From: an uncultured Thermoplasmata archaeon
GTDB taxonomy: Archaea; Thermoplasmatota; Thermoplasmata; UBA10834
Assembly: GCA_963719945.1 (NCBI GenBank)
Contig: CAVRDX010000003.1
Location: 224,001-288,000 of the forward strand
DNA length: 64,000 bases
Reading direction: 5' to 3'
Program-made: the position numbers and the translations under genes
Part shown: positions 1 through 11,440 of the stretch, in pieces
Layout of the letters: each line of letters begins with the position of its first letter
Position numbering within the stretch: position 1 is the stretch's first letter
The notes under the pieces: model-generated
What the model saw: only the letters and a program-made list of their open reading frames with translations
What the model was told of the DNA's origin: nothing
Database searches by the model: none

Positions 1-450
1 ATCGTAGCCTTGGGTCTTCGAATAGTTTATGAAGCCATCTATGCTGGCAAGCTTAGCCGGGTCCGAGACAATAGCCTGATAGGTGAATGTCTCGACACTC
101 TTCTTCTCGATAGTGAATCCTCCCCCGGTTCCATTATAGACGGTGGCAATCGGGATGATAAATACGCCATCTGTGCGATTCTGTATCGTTACTGTCCAGC
201 TGATCGTGAAGATATTGAGTTCAAGTTTCGATGGATTGTCCAGTTGAATGTCGATTCTCACCAAGAGCGAACCGTTCTCAAGTATCTCCGCGCATTCGAC
301 AGCGTTCATTAGGACAACACTCTCGTTCGCGTCCATCACATTGACATAAGTATAGGCGGATACAATCAACGCCCCCGCGAAGAAGATTGCAGATGCTATG
401 CTCAGCATCGATACGAACCATCTCTTCCTAAGCTCTGCAGCCACGCCCAA
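1..450 (-). CDS. Partial hypothetical membrane-anchored protein (runs off the window start)
   Basis: Manual translation from TTG 450: (M)GVAAELRKRWFVSMLSIASAIFFAGALIVSAYTYVNV... stays open to base 1. It has an N-terminal TM helix and lies directly downstream of dppF on the same strand. Absent from the ORF track because it has no stop in the window. Confidence 0.75.
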   Translation of the reverse strand, partial: MGVAAELRKRWFVSMLSIASAIFFAGALIVSAYTYVNVMDANESVVLMNAVECAEILENGSLLVRIDIQLDNPSKLELNIFTISWTVTIQNRTDGVFIIPIATVYNGTGGGFTIEKKSVETFTYQAIVSDPAKLASIDGFINYSKTQGYD

Positions 451-485
451 GTCATCAGCCTTCCTTTACTCAGAGCGGAATGGGG

Positions 486-2363
486 TCATACAGATTGTTT
501 CCTATACAGATAGCAGGCAGCCTGTTGTTCGCCGACATCGAACTGGGGCGGCTCCGCGACAGTCCTGAACTTAACGACAACAGCCCCCTGCGTTCCCTTG
601 TTCGGTTTGATTGATATGTCTGTCACGGCCGCTGCGCATCTGTGATCGCCGCTTTCGCCCTTATTGCGTAGGAAGCTCTTGAGGCTTGATTCCAGCTTCT
701 TCCAGTTCTCATCCGGGCCCATTATCCTAACAGTAATCCGACTGCCTTTGACCTTGATTGGAAGCAGGAGTCCTCCGAGGCCGTCCATGCTCTCTTTGAT
801 GTAGATATCAGTTATAAGTTTGGAAACGTCCCTTGCTACTTTGTAGCCTGGCTCTTTGGACGCGTCACAAGTGACTGTGACCGTCTTTCCTGAGGAGCTG
901 AGTGATATCGTCTTTATGCCCTTGAACTCCGGCCGGCTCATCTTGCGGTAATGTTTGACGAAATCTTTGAGGAAAGCCTCTATCGTGCTGAGGTTCTCCT
1001 CTGTTCCGTCCCCGACATCCACGGTCAACTTGTTGTTTTCTCTGCGCATGCCAGTGATGATGCCATGCATCGGATGGTCGATCTCTTTGTAACGTACAAT
1101 CGATTCGAGCTCCGTGAATAGTTCGGTCACGAGGTCATTGGCCGATAACTCCGCTGAGCCGCATCGTATCTCGATGATGCGGTCGGTCAGGGTGGTGTCG
1201 ATACTCTCAATCGCTCGGAACATCGGGTTCGCGCTGCTTGCCTGAGCGGTCTTATCCCTGAGGAAGCTGAGGATCTTCTCTGAATTCCCACCTCCCTTGA
1301 GATGGAATCCCAACACGAATTCATCGGGGTGCAGCTTGTCCACTTCAGTGGTCAGTACGCTGTCTGGATTCAGTAGGTCATTCCCTTCCAACCATTCGAC
1401 CAGATCCTCTCCCTGCCATCCACATTCCTCGAAAGCCTTCGGGCATCTTGGTCTGAACCGACATCCGAGCGGTACATTCGCAGCGCTCGGCACCTCTCCC
1501 TTAATCTTGATACGTCCATGCTTTGCTTCAGGGTCCGGGACAGGCACCGCAGATATCAGAGCCTGCGTGTAGGGGTGTTTCGGTGCGAGTATTATGCTCT
1601 CCGTTTCCCCGATTTCCACTACCCTGCCGAGGTACATGACGGCCAACCGATCGCTGACATACCTCGCGACTGCGATATCGTGAGTGATGAATAGGTACGG
1701 TATGCCATATTTGTCTCTCAGGTCCAGCATAAGGTTCAACACGCCTGCTCGTATCGAGACATCGAGCATGGAGACTGGCTCATCTGCAACAATGACCTTG
1801 GGCTTGATCACGAGCGCACGTGCGATTGACACTCGCTGTCTCTGACCGCCGCTGAGTTCATGAGGGAACCTGTTGAGATACTCCTTCGCAGGCGCCAATC
1901 CGGCGTCCTCCAACGCCTGGATAACCATCTCTATCCTAGCTTCCTGGGTATCTCCTATGTTGTGATTTATGAGTGGTTCCATGACTGTCTGCAGTACGGT
2001 GTTTCTTGGATTGAGTGACTCATACGGGTCCTGGAAGACCATCTGAATGTTGCGTCTGAATACCTTGACATCCTGCCCTTCCAAGAGCGCTATATCTCTG
2101 CCCAAGAAGAATACGAAGCCTTCGGTAGGATCTTCGAGCCGTGTGAGCAGCCTGCCAACCGTTGTCTTGCCGCATCCACTCTCTCCGACGAGTCCGAGAA
2201 CTTCGCCCGATCGGATGTCAAAGTTGACATCATCGACGGCTTTGACATAGATTGGTTCTTTGCCGAATGATAGGAATCCTTTCTTCAACTCGAAGAACTT
2301 CTTTAGAGCCCTCACCTTGATGATGACATGCCTCCTCTGCGTCCTCGTTTGCATGTCCATCAC
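486..2363 (-). CDS. dppF: Oligopeptide/dipeptide ABC transporter ATP-binding subunit (DppF/OppF-like) with a large C-terminal insertion
   Basis: Walker A GESGCGKT, signature LSGGQRQR, Walker B VIVADEP, HPYT motif, GCRFRPRC...C and terminal AACYL. 625 aa versus the usual ~330. Confidence 0.92.
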   Translation of the reverse strand: MMDMQTRTQRRHVIIKVRALKKFFELKKGFLSFGKEPIYVKAVDDVNFDIRSGEVLGLVGESGCGKTTVGRLLTRLEDPTEGFVFFLGRDIALLEGQDVKVFRRNIQMVFQDPYESLNPRNTVLQTVMEPLINHNIGDTQEARIEMVIQALEDAGLAPAKEYLNRFPHELSGGQRQRVSIARALVIKPKVIVADEPVSMLDVSIRAGVLNLMLDLRDKYGIPYLFITHDIAVARYVSDRLAVMYLGRVVEIGETESIILAPKHPYTQALISAVPVPDPEAKHGRIKIKGEVPSAANVPLGCRFRPRCPKAFEECGWQGEDLVEWLEGNDLLNPDSVLTTEVDKLHPDEFVLGFHLKGGGNSEKILSFLRDKTAQASSANPMFRAIESIDTTLTDRIIEIRCGSAELSANDLVTELFTELESIVRYKEIDHPMHGIITGMRRENNKLTVDVGDGTEENLSTIEAFLKDFVKHYRKMSRPEFKGIKTISLSSSGKTVTVTCDASKEPGYKVARDVSKLITDIYIKESMDGLGGLLLPIKVKGSRITVRIMGPDENWKKLESSLKSFLRNKGESGDHRCAAAVTDISIKPNKGTQGAVVVKFRTVAEPPQFDVGEQQAACYLYRKQSV

Positions 2364-3370
2364 CCCCTCCTGAGCTTATCCCAAAGCTCTCCGGCAAAAT
2401 GGCAATACACCACATGGCCAGGTTCTATCTCTATGCCTTTCGGTCTCTCCTCAGAGCATCTTGCCTGGATATATTGGCATCTTGGATGGAATGGGCAACC
2501 GCTAGGCGGATTGACCAGGTCAGGCGGGAATCCAGGGATGGTCTCCAATCTCTTCTTCTCCCCTTTTATCGATGGGAATGAATTCAGCAGACCAGCGGTA
2601 TACGGATGAGCCGTGTTCTTGAACACCTGAGCCGTCTTGCCAATCTCCATCAACATGCCCGCATACATAACCCCAATCTTGTCGGAAACCTCTGCGACAA
2701 CGGAGACGTCGTGTGTGATGATCATCATGGCCATGTTGAGCTTCTCCTGAAGCTTCTTGATCTCCATCAGAATTCTATCTTGGGTTATGACATCGAGCGC
2801 GGTCGTGGGCTCATCAGCAATTATGAACGATGGTTTGAGGGCGAGCGCGAGTGCGATCATCGCCCTCTGTTTCATGCCACCGCTGAACTCGTGAGGGTAA
2901 TTGTTTATTCTATCTGGAGAGATACCAACGAATTCGAAGAGTTCCTTGGCTCTCTTCTTGGCGGCCTCGTCGTCCACATCCTCATGTAACTGGATCGCCT
3001 CAACTATGAGGTCACCGATTCTAAAGACTGGGTTGAACGCGTTCATGGCTCCCTGGAATATCATCGAGATTTCAGTCCAACGTATCGCACGGATTTTCTC
3101 GTTGTAGTCATCCAGTGAACCATCTTTTCTGATAGAGAGTTGGAGGAGATCCCTCCCTTTGAAGTAGATGTGTCCTCCCTTTATGTATCCATTTGGCGGG
3201 AGCAGTTGCGTTATCGCATAGGCCGCCGTGGTCTTGCCGCATCCACTCTCTCCAACGAGGCCCATGGTCTCGCCTGAGTTGATGGTAAAGGTGACATCAT
3301 CCACGGCTCTCACCCAGCCGTTCTGGATCTTGAAATGCACTTTGAGGTTCTTTACTTCGAGTAGGGACAT
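2360..3370 (-). CDS. dppD: Oligopeptide/dipeptide ABC transporter ATP-binding subunit (DppD/OppD-like)
   Basis: [31 protein letters not shown] and the GCPFHPRC..C..C tail. RBS GAGGTGA lies 4 nt upstream. Confidence 0.95.
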   Translation of the reverse strand: MSLLEVKNLKVHFKIQNGWVRAVDDVTFTINSGETMGLVGESGCGKTTAAYAITQLLPPNGYIKGGHIYFKGRDLLQLSIRKDGSLDDYNEKIRAIRWTEISMIFQGAMNAFNPVFRIGDLIVEAIQLHEDVDDEAAKKRAKELFEFVGISPDRINNYPHEFSGGMKQRAMIALALALKPSFIIADEPTTALDVITQDRILMEIKKLQEKLNMAMMIITHDVSVVAEVSDKIGVMYAGMLMEIGKTAQVFKNTAHPYTAGLLNSFPSIKGEKKRLETIPGFPPDLVNPPSGCPFHPRCQYIQARCSEERPKGIEIEPGHVVYCHFAGELWDKLRRG

Positions 3371-3374
3371 GTTA

Positions 3375-5660
3375 TCACCTCTTCCTCAAACGCGGATTGA
3401 CTACCTCGTCGAACGATCTACCTATCAGGTAGAAGGCGAGAGAGAGCAGCGTTATGGCTATGCCCGGGGGCAGGAGCCACCAGGGCGCGTCCAAGGAGTG
3501 TCCACTGATCTGCAGGAACTGCAGCATCATACCCCACGTTATGTTTGTCGGGTCGCCGAAACCCAGAAACGCCAGGATGGCTTCGGTCACAATCGCGCCG
3601 CTGATGTTGAATGTCATATAGAGGAAAGTGTAAGGGAGCACATTTGGTCCTATATGCTTGAATATGAGTCGGTTGTCTGATGCTCCAGCAACTCTTGCTG
3701 CATCCACGAAAGCCCTTTGCTTGAATGAGAGGGTGACTGAACGTATGACTCTCGCTATGCCCGCCCATGATAGTATCGCGAAAATGATGATGATATTTAG
3801 GAGCGAAGGTCCGAATACTGCTGCAAACAATAACATTATGACTAGGTATGGGAGACTCAACATGACGTCAGTTGCGCGCATCAAAAGGTCGTCGAGCAAG
3901 CCTCCGTAAAACCCTGCAACCAGCCCCACTATTGTTCCGATGACCACTGAGAAGAACGCTGCTGTTATGCCGACGAGCAGCTCCGCTCTTGTTCCCCACA
4001 TCACCTGCGTGAGGATGTCATGCCCCTCATAATCGGTTCCCAACGGGTAGTAGTTGCCTGATGGGTAGGTTCCCGGGGCCAGAGGAGCCACGTTCACACC
4101 AGTAAGCGTCTCGAGGAACAGTTGGTTGCTTTCAGTGACCACACCGAAGTAGTTGCCAGCCCTGCTCATCTCTATGTATATGTTGCCCAAGTATTCCACG
4201 GGTGTGACCGCCCCTCCTCCGGGGGCGCTGAAGGTCGCGTTGATCTTCATCAGCGCGTTCACTAAGTATATCGCCCCATCATCCGTGCTAAATACATACA
4301 TCAGCTGACCTGAGACATATTGCGGGTCGCTGTTCAGATATCCACCTACCGTGGCGAACATCGTATTGTTCGCGCCTACTCTTCCCGTTTCCTTGTCTAG
4401 GCCTGCAATAACGCCGCGCTCGTCGTTGGTCTTTCCGACCATCACAAGGAAATCAGGAGCCGGATAGAGCGAAGTGATATCGAAGCTTCTCACACCTGTC
4501 AACAGGAGTTTGCTGGACCAGGTCAAGTTGCCGGTCACCCTATCATAAGCCACGACCATCCCGTCCTGCGATGCGAGTGCGACATACTCTTTCCCAAGTG
4601 CAGTAGTGGGCGCATAGGGGTAAGGGAATACGATCATGTTGTTCCCCGCTATCGGCTGGTAGGCTTCACCATCGATAGTGTAATTGCTGGTCCAAGCCAC
4701 CCCTTCGATCGTGATGTTGGTGACCGTCTTCGTAACATTTGTCTTGGTCACATTGAGGTTGTATGCACGTATGCCCAGATCCGTAGGAACGAATAGCATG
4801 CTTCCGTTTTCGAACTCACCGTCCACAACCAGCGGATTCCCGATGATTGTGGCGTCATCGATCGTCAGATTGTTTATGTAGTCGAAGGAATCGAAGCCTG
4901 GCTCGAATATTGTCGCAGGCCTCTTGTTTATCATCCAGACATTGTGATCATCTGCGAATGCCAAGGCGAGTCTCGCACTTTGGACGACGAATGAGAACCC
5001 ATTCCATAGATTCGAGTTGTACTTTGGCACAAATGGTATCTCGTACTGGCGTACGAGATCAAAGGTACTAGTCGTGCTTGTCGGGACGAATGAGCTGTAT
5101 TCGTATAATGTGGCGGTCCCAGTGACAGGATCGGTGGTGTTGACTATGAAGAAGAAAGTCGTCGAGAATAGCACATGGTTCATGTATGATGCGTTGGCTG
5201 GAAGGTGTATCGTTGTGGGACTACTGATGTCTATCCCGATCTCATCTGTCTCTGCGCTGATCCCATAGGTGACAGGGTAGACGATAGTCGTCCCGTCTTC
5301 AGAATATGCCAGAATTCGCTCAAGCGGGTGATCTCTATTCAGAGAATCTGTCAATCCCATTAATCTGGTCCAGTTCTGACCAGCCGTCAGGTTCAGCAAC
5401 GCATAGTCCGCCACAAAGGTATCGATTGCAGGCGCTCTGAAATCCTTGTCGTATGGGGCGAGCCAGGGCGCTCCTAATGCCATTATGAAGAACGCTAAAA
5501 CGATAGCCAACCCCGCGATTCCAGTCTTAGACTGTCTATAGAGTTTCCATGTGGACTTGAAGCTCTTCCAGAACTTCCTGAGCGCCTTCTGGCCTGCCTC
5601 CTGAAACTCTCTCGCATCGGATCTCTTGCTGGTTTCATCTGTCTTAGTATCTTCCGTCAA
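3375..5660 (-). CDS. dppC: Peptide ABC transporter permease (DppC/OppC-like) with a ~445-aa extracellular insert
   Basis: OppC-type N-terminus (APWLAPYD), PLGTDYEGHD, EAA loop FVDAARVAGAS and WWLLPPG...NPRLR. A beta-rich insert follows TM1. Confidence 0.92.
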   Translation of the reverse strand: MTEDTKTDETSKRSDAREFQEAGQKALRKFWKSFKSTWKLYRQSKTGIAGLAIVLAFFIMALGAPWLAPYDKDFRAPAIDTFVADYALLNLTAGQNWTRLMGLTDSLNRDHPLERILAYSEDGTTIVYPVTYGISAETDEIGIDISSPTTIHLPANASYMNHVLFSTTFFFIVNTTDPVTGTATLYEYSSFVPTSTTSTFDLVRQYEIPFVPKYNSNLWNGFSFVVQSARLALAFADDHNVWMINKRPATIFEPGFDSFDYINNLTIDDATIIGNPLVVDGEFENGSMLFVPTDLGIRAYNLNVTKTNVTKTVTNITIEGVAWTSNYTIDGEAYQPIAGNNMIVFPYPYAPTTALGKEYVALASQDGMVVAYDRVTGNLTWSSKLLLTGVRSFDITSLYPAPDFLVMVGKTNDERGVIAGLDKETGRVGANNTMFATVGGYLNSDPQYVSGQLMYVFSTDDGAIYLVNALMKINATFSAPGGGAVTPVEYLGNIYIEMSRAGNYFGVVTESNQLFLETLTGVNVAPLAPGTYPSGNYYPLGTDYEGHDILTQVMWGTRAELLVGITAAFFSVVIGTIVGLVAGFYGGLLDDLLMRATDVMLSLPYLVIMLLFAAVFGPSLLNIIIIFAILSWAGIARVIRSVTLSFKQRAFVDAARVAGASDNRLIFKHIGPNVLPYTFLYMTFNISGAIVTEAILAFLGFGDPTNITWGMMLQFLQISGHSLDAPWWLLPPGIAITLLSLAFYLIGRSFDEVVNPRLRKR

Positions 5661-6646
5661 ATGCGCACCCTCGGGTCAAGATATCCGTACAGCAAGTCTG
5701 CAACGAAGTTGCCGAGCAACACCATCAGAGTGATTATGTACAAAGTGGCTTCAGCAACGGGGAAATCGAGCTGGTTCAATGATTGAATGTATAACTGTCC
5801 CATGCCCGGGAAGCTGAAAACATTCTCAAGGACCACGGCTCCACCTATGGCGAAAACGAATGCGATTATGAATGAAGTGACGACTGGCAGCATCGCATTT
5901 CGGGTGCCGTGCTTGAATAGTACCTTCCTTTCCGGAAGGCCGATCGCCTTCGCCGTTATCATATAATTCTCGCCTATCACATCGAGCATGGCTGTCCTCA
6001 TCAGCAGTATAGTGCCTGCAAGTGATAGGAGCAATAACACTAACATTGGCAGGAATAAGTGCCATCCTATATCGAGGATCCTGAATCCCAGCGTTCCGGA
6101 TTCGAAGAACGGAATGGCATCTGTCGCATCATACCACCCCGTTAATGGGAACCAATCCAGCTGAGATGCGAATATCACAAGGAAAATGAGGCCGATCCAG
6201 AATGATGGCATATTGTAGAACACCAGGCTTACAACGACTGTGCCACCATCCAATACGCCCCCTCTCTTCCAGGCAATCAATGCTCCAAGATATATGCCTA
6301 TGACATATGCGAGTATCGTGGCTCCTCCGAACAGGAGCATGGTTTTTGGTATCCTTTCCTCTAATATGTCCCAGACCTTGATCGCCCTACTGAAAGAGAT
6401 GCCAAAATCGAATGTCAGCATATTGGACATGTACATGGCATATCGCTCCTGGACTGGTCTGTCGTAGCCATAGAGGCTGGTCATGTAGTCTATCTGTGAT
6501 TGTTGAATTGCCGGCGAAGTCCTCAGCAGGTCCTGAGGTCTCGCTGGGAGCGATTCGAACATTATGAAAATGAGAGTCAAAATGATGAGCAGGGTTATGA
6601 ACGTCTGAATGCTCCGAGCGACCACATATCGAGCCATCCCTGCCAT
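5657..6646 (-). CDS. dppB: Peptide ABC transporter permease (DppB/OppB-like)
   Basis: FDFGISF, MPSFWIG, YMITAKAIGL, ENVFSFPGMG and terminal DPRVRI. Confidence 0.95.
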   Translation of the reverse strand: MAGMARYVVARSIQTFITLLIILTLIFIMFESLPARPQDLLRTSPAIQQSQIDYMTSLYGYDRPVQERYAMYMSNMLTFDFGISFSRAIKVWDILEERIPKTMLLFGGATILAYVIGIYLGALIAWKRGGVLDGGTVVVSLVFYNMPSFWIGLIFLVIFASQLDWFPLTGWYDATDAIPFFESGTLGFRILDIGWHLFLPMLVLLLLSLAGTILLMRTAMLDVIGENYMITAKAIGLPERKVLFKHGTRNAMLPVVTSFIIAFVFAIGGAVVLENVFSFPGMGQLYIQSLNQLDFPVAEATLYIITLMVLLGNFVADLLYGYLDPRVRI

Positions 6647-6749
6647 GATTCAACCTCTATCCAGAACGATATCCTTTACTTGAAGACATTTCTGGCACTA
6701 TTAACCTTTGGACCAGACTTGTTCGGTTTTGCCCTAGCAGCGGCTGATT

Positions 6750-6805
6750 GTCAGAGAATAAATGAAAAACCGAAAGAAGTTTACGGGAAGGGGTTTCGAA
6801 GGCGG
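6750..6805 (-). terminator. Probable T-rich archaeal terminator after the substrate-binding protein gene
   Basis: The minus strand reads ...AAACCCCTTCCCGTAAACTTCTTTCGGTTTTTCATTT just after the stop codon. Confidence 0.45.
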
Positions 6806-6806
6806 T

Positions 6807-9800
6807 CTATTCCTTCTTCTCCTCTTCCGCTGGCTCCTCGAGCGCCATTCCCTTTGGTTCCGATGGCTTCTTCATCTTGAGGAACAGCATGACGATCACG
6901 ACTGCCGCTACGATCCACCCGACTGCTGCAATGACCCATGCCAAAACATCTGTGCCGCCATCGGTCTCAGTCAAGGTGAAGGTCACCGTTGTCTCGCTCG
7001 ATATTCCGAGTGAGTCGGTCGCAGTTATGACTATCGTGTGCTCCCCAGTTGCCAGATCTGCAAGGGCATGGGATATCGCTACTGCTTTGGATCCCGCTGT
7101 GATGGTGAGTGCAACAGCACTACCTTCATCAAGGGCCAGGGTCGCAGACGCGATTCCGTTGGAGTCGTAGATCATACCCATGACCTCTGCCAACGATGTC
7201 TCTCCATCCGCGATTGGTGACGACAACTCGATTTCAGGCGCCAAGTTCTTGACGGCTATGACCATCCTCGCAGTGCCAGCCTCGGGTGTTCCACCCGTGG
7301 TTATTCCAGCTGCTATGAGTGCCGCCTCGGCATCTGCTATCTCCGAGGTGTCTATCACGAATGTAGCCATACCATCGGCGTCAGTCACGACTGTTGGAGC
7401 GACTGCCGTTCCGGTGCTCACACCTATGCTGACTGGGAGATCCGCATATGGCGCTCCGGTTGCATCCAGCACTTCGACGGTCGCGTACACATCATCGCCG
7501 ATCATCCGAATGTCTACGATCTGTGTCGGCGTAACATATACCGACTCTCTGAGTGGCTGTATGACCAATTGCGTCTGGCTAGCCAGAATCATCGATCCGT
7601 CGACATAGGCTGCAATATAGACTTCGGGGTTCGTCTTCGTCACGGTTGCATCATACGCATCATTTGCTGAGTCATATGCTGCTGCCGTGATGTTGAAGTC
7701 GACTGTCCCGCTTGCCGGGGTCACACTCGATCCATAGTCTGAGACATTGTAGTTCGCGCCGCCTATTTCGTAGATAGCAATCTCGGCCCCATCTATCTCG
7801 TCGCCGTTCTCATCGTACGCAGTAACGGTGATCGCTGACACGTCGAATTCCGATGCCTTGGCCTGCAGAACGGGCTTCTCGACTTCATATGTGACCGTCG
7901 TGAAGCTCATAGCCCTTCCGTAGCCGTAGTGGCTTGCGATGATCGTCTGGCCATAGATGTCGTGGTTGTATGTATCCCAGTTGTAATCCGCTGTGGAGTT
8001 AGGCACCATGAACAGGTCCATCGCGAGGTCCAGGTGAGCCAGGTCCACGCCCTCTATGGTCATGGAGTAGACTCCTCCGGTTATATCGACACCTACCGCG
8101 TCTAGGGCGATGTCCCATTCCTCAGTGACATCGTTCCAGAGCCACCCTTCAAGGTACTCCGGTGCGGAATATGATCCCGCAGTGACGATGTTCTGTCCAT
8201 CGCCATCGGTCACGATGTTGATTCCTGCATAATCCCACAGGGAGTTGTACTCGGACCCGGACCAGTCGGTCAGCTGACCGTTAGCGGTCGCGGCGACCAC
8301 AATGCTACCCGTGATTCCATCTGCTGGGTTGCCCTGGCTGTCGAAGACATAGATGCCCACATCGATCGTGCCCCATACATCAACGAACTTCGGTGTCGCG
8401 TATTGTATATATCCACCATACATGTCCGTCAATGCACCCGTATCCGAGTAAGTCAGAGTCACGGAGTCCATCACCGAGTTAGCCAAGGTACGGTTGCCTA
8501 TCGTGACCATCAGGGCCGCGTCGACTCCGATATCATCGAAGGTCACATCGAAGGTCGCCATACCCGAAGCATCCGTAGTCACCAATGTCTCGGGGGTGTC
8601 TACAAGAGTGTCATCGGTGTAGGTAATGCCTAGATTCTCACCCTCGATTGGATCCCCGTCTACATCCATCGCCATGACCGTTATAGTCGTGGTCGGTGAT
8701 GCTTGGCTCAGGGCCGTCGTAGACACAGAGTCAATGGTGGTCATATGCCATATCGGTGCGGCTGGGTTGTATATCAATATCGTGCTCGTGGCCAGGTTGG
8801 TCAGTGTGTACTTCTCATGGCTGACCGACGCTGCAAGGGTCACGATCTGATGCTGGTTCTGCAAGACTTCCTCTGGTGCAGTATAGACCAGGGTGACCAT
8901 TCCGTCAGTCCCTGTGACATCCGTGCTGGGATCTATCGTACCGTACCCTAGCAGGTACGGGTCGATAGTGACCGTAGCTCCCTCTACCGGGTCTCCGTTC
9001 ACATCAGTCACCAGGACATCGACGTCCATGCTATCGCCCGCAGCAAGCACTGTCATCTGCGGCATAACCGAAGCTCCAATGCCTCCCAATGATGTTACCA
9101 GCAAATTCGCGGAATCGCTGGCCAGAAGGGCGTCACTTGTAACATTCGCCCATACTATTCCAACACCGGAAGCCGCGCCCGTCACAGTGAACTCGAACAC
9201 TCCATTGGTTCCTGTAGTTCCTGAAGCTGGAGATGCTGTCGCCACGCCATTGGTGACTTCCACCGCGACGGTCGCGCCCGACACGGGCTCGCCCATGTTG
9301 TCTACTGCAAGCACGTAGGCGTCAACACTGTCGTCACAGGCGACCTTCTCGGCCATCGTAAGCCCTGCATCAAGGCTTGCTGTGACAGCTCCTCCGCCAG
9401 TCGCGCCGCCTGTGCCCGAGTATTCGAGCACTGCGAAGCAGTAGGCGTTGATGAGCGTACCGTCGAACACTGTCCAGTTGGTATACACCTTGTTATGTGC
9501 CTCGACGTTGACTCTGTAGTAGAGAACGTTACATACAACAGCATCGGCGATAATCGCCTCTCCTTGCTTGACATAGTCGATCTGTTCCGCTATGTCGAAG
9601 GTCGCTCTTGCTTTGTCCTCAAGATCTACGAAGTCATCTGCCATCGCTTGGGTCGCTTCGTCAGCGAGTGTGCTCACACCGCCGAGCGAAGAATACCATG
9701 GGTTCGGGTTGGCGTCGGTCCAGAATCCCCACGAGTTCGATGTAGCTGTTGGGCTGTAAATGTCGAACAGAACGCTTACACATTCTGTGTAGCCAGTGAA

Positions 9801-11193
9801 GCTCCAACCAAGCTCGAGCATCTGGTAGTCGAAAGCAGTCAGCTTGGCAACAAGTGTGTTGAAATCGATTGCCTTGGCTTCGACATTGATACCCGCAGAT
9901 CTCATGTTGGTCGCTATCATCTGTCCTGCTCTTATCCTGACGGGATCGTAGTCTGCTGGCGGACAGAGTAGGGTTATCTTGTCCATCAACCTACCATCTG
10001 GCAACTCCCTAAAGCCATCGCCATTGATGTCAAGGTATCCTGCATCGTCGAGCATCTGCTCTGCGGTCGCAACGTCAAAGGGATATTTCTCGACCGCTGG
10101 GTTGTACCACTCACCGAAGAACGGCGAGACTGCCGCTGAACCCGCCTGACCGAATCCACCCATGTAGATATCGACGATCTGGTCCTTGTCAATCAAGTAG
10201 GATACAGCCTTTCTGAATGTCAGATTGTTCATAGGCTCTCTCTTCTCGTTGAATGCGAGATAGAAGTACCCTGCATCTGACATGTACTCGAGACCGATGT
10301 TCGGGTCGCTCTGGAGAGCTGGGACACGTCCTGATGTGACAGTCCATGCGATGTAGTCGACATCGCCTCCCTGTAGCGCTAGAATCGCGGTGTCCAAGTT
10401 GCTGTACACCTTGAAGTATAGCACATCAAGGACCCTCGGGAAAGTCGGCATATTCGCCGGGGTCATGAAGTCCTTGCCCCAGTAATCGTCGAAGGTCTTG
10501 ACAACTCTGTATGAGTTGGCGACTCCGCTATCATACCTCCATGGTCCAGTACCTATCGTCGCAGCAACATCATCGCCCCATCGAACGTTCACCGTGTTAT
10601 CCACGGTGCTCACATGGTCTATCCATATGTGCTTCGGAATGATGGGCACAGATAATGTGCTCGTAAAGAACTGGCCATACTGTTTGGCCATGACGAACTG
10701 CACATGGTAATCATCTATCACGATCAGACCTTCTTCCATCTCGGTCTCGTTCACCATGTCATCGTCATCCTGGTCGAATGCCTTGATGATTCTATCAGCG
10801 TATGTCGTACCATTCCTTGCCATCAGGTACGAGAAGTAGACATCCTCCGAGGTCATGGTCGTGCCATCGTGGAACTTCACACCTTCTCGGATAGTGACAT
10901 CCACAGTGAGGGCGCCCTCGTCAAAAGTCCAATCCTCTGCCAGTAATGGAACGGTTTTCAAGTCAAAGTCCGTGGCCGAAAGGCCTTCAAAACAGCTGCC
11001 TATGACGTGAGCCTTCCACACGCTATTGGTTCCGATGTTGTAATTGTTGAAGTCAGGAATATCCTGCTGCATGGCAATATACAACACGTTCTTCATTTGC
11101 TGCCGCCGAAACCGCTTTTGCTGGTAAAAATGCAAAAGCAGATATCACGGTTAGCAGCACTGCAAAGCTCGCTAGTATTGCTCTATTTCTCAT
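6807..11193 (-). CDS. dppA: Giant family-5 ABC substrate-binding protein (DppA-like) with tandem Ig-like domains and a C-terminal TM anchor; single-base frameshift near 11092
   Basis: SBP family 5 motifs (PLLAEDW, IREGVKFHDG, IGTGPW, FRKAVSYLIDK), a Gly/Thr linker, repeated 'D..G.PV.GA.V' Ig-like units, then a TM helix and charged tail. The likely true start is ATG 11193 (GGAGG upstream), giving signal peptide MRNRAILASFAVLLTVISAFAFLPAKAVSA in a different frame from the track ORF. Confidence 0.88.
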
Positions 11194-11440
11194 GCCTCTC
11201 TCATCCTCCGTTTTATCCCACTCCCTAGGGGGAGTAACTAATCACTGCTAAGGCCTTCTAAAATATATGAACTTTCCCCGACATTCTTTCGAAGCGCTGG
11301 GTATATATAGAAAAAGGCATCAAGGCTCTCGATACATGAGTCATTGAGGCATTCACGATGTGAACTGGCTCGCTTACTTGCGGGTCTTTACATATATTCA
11401 CGGGTCATGATTCATTTGTTGCATGATATATCTCATCGCA

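Noticed and set aside
10-312. Plus-strand 100-aa ORF, and the many other antisense ORFs in the track (e.g. 11835-12560, 45428-46015, 63187-63459)
   Set aside because: They are shadows of well-supported genes on the opposite strand or in another frame, with no recognisable motifs.
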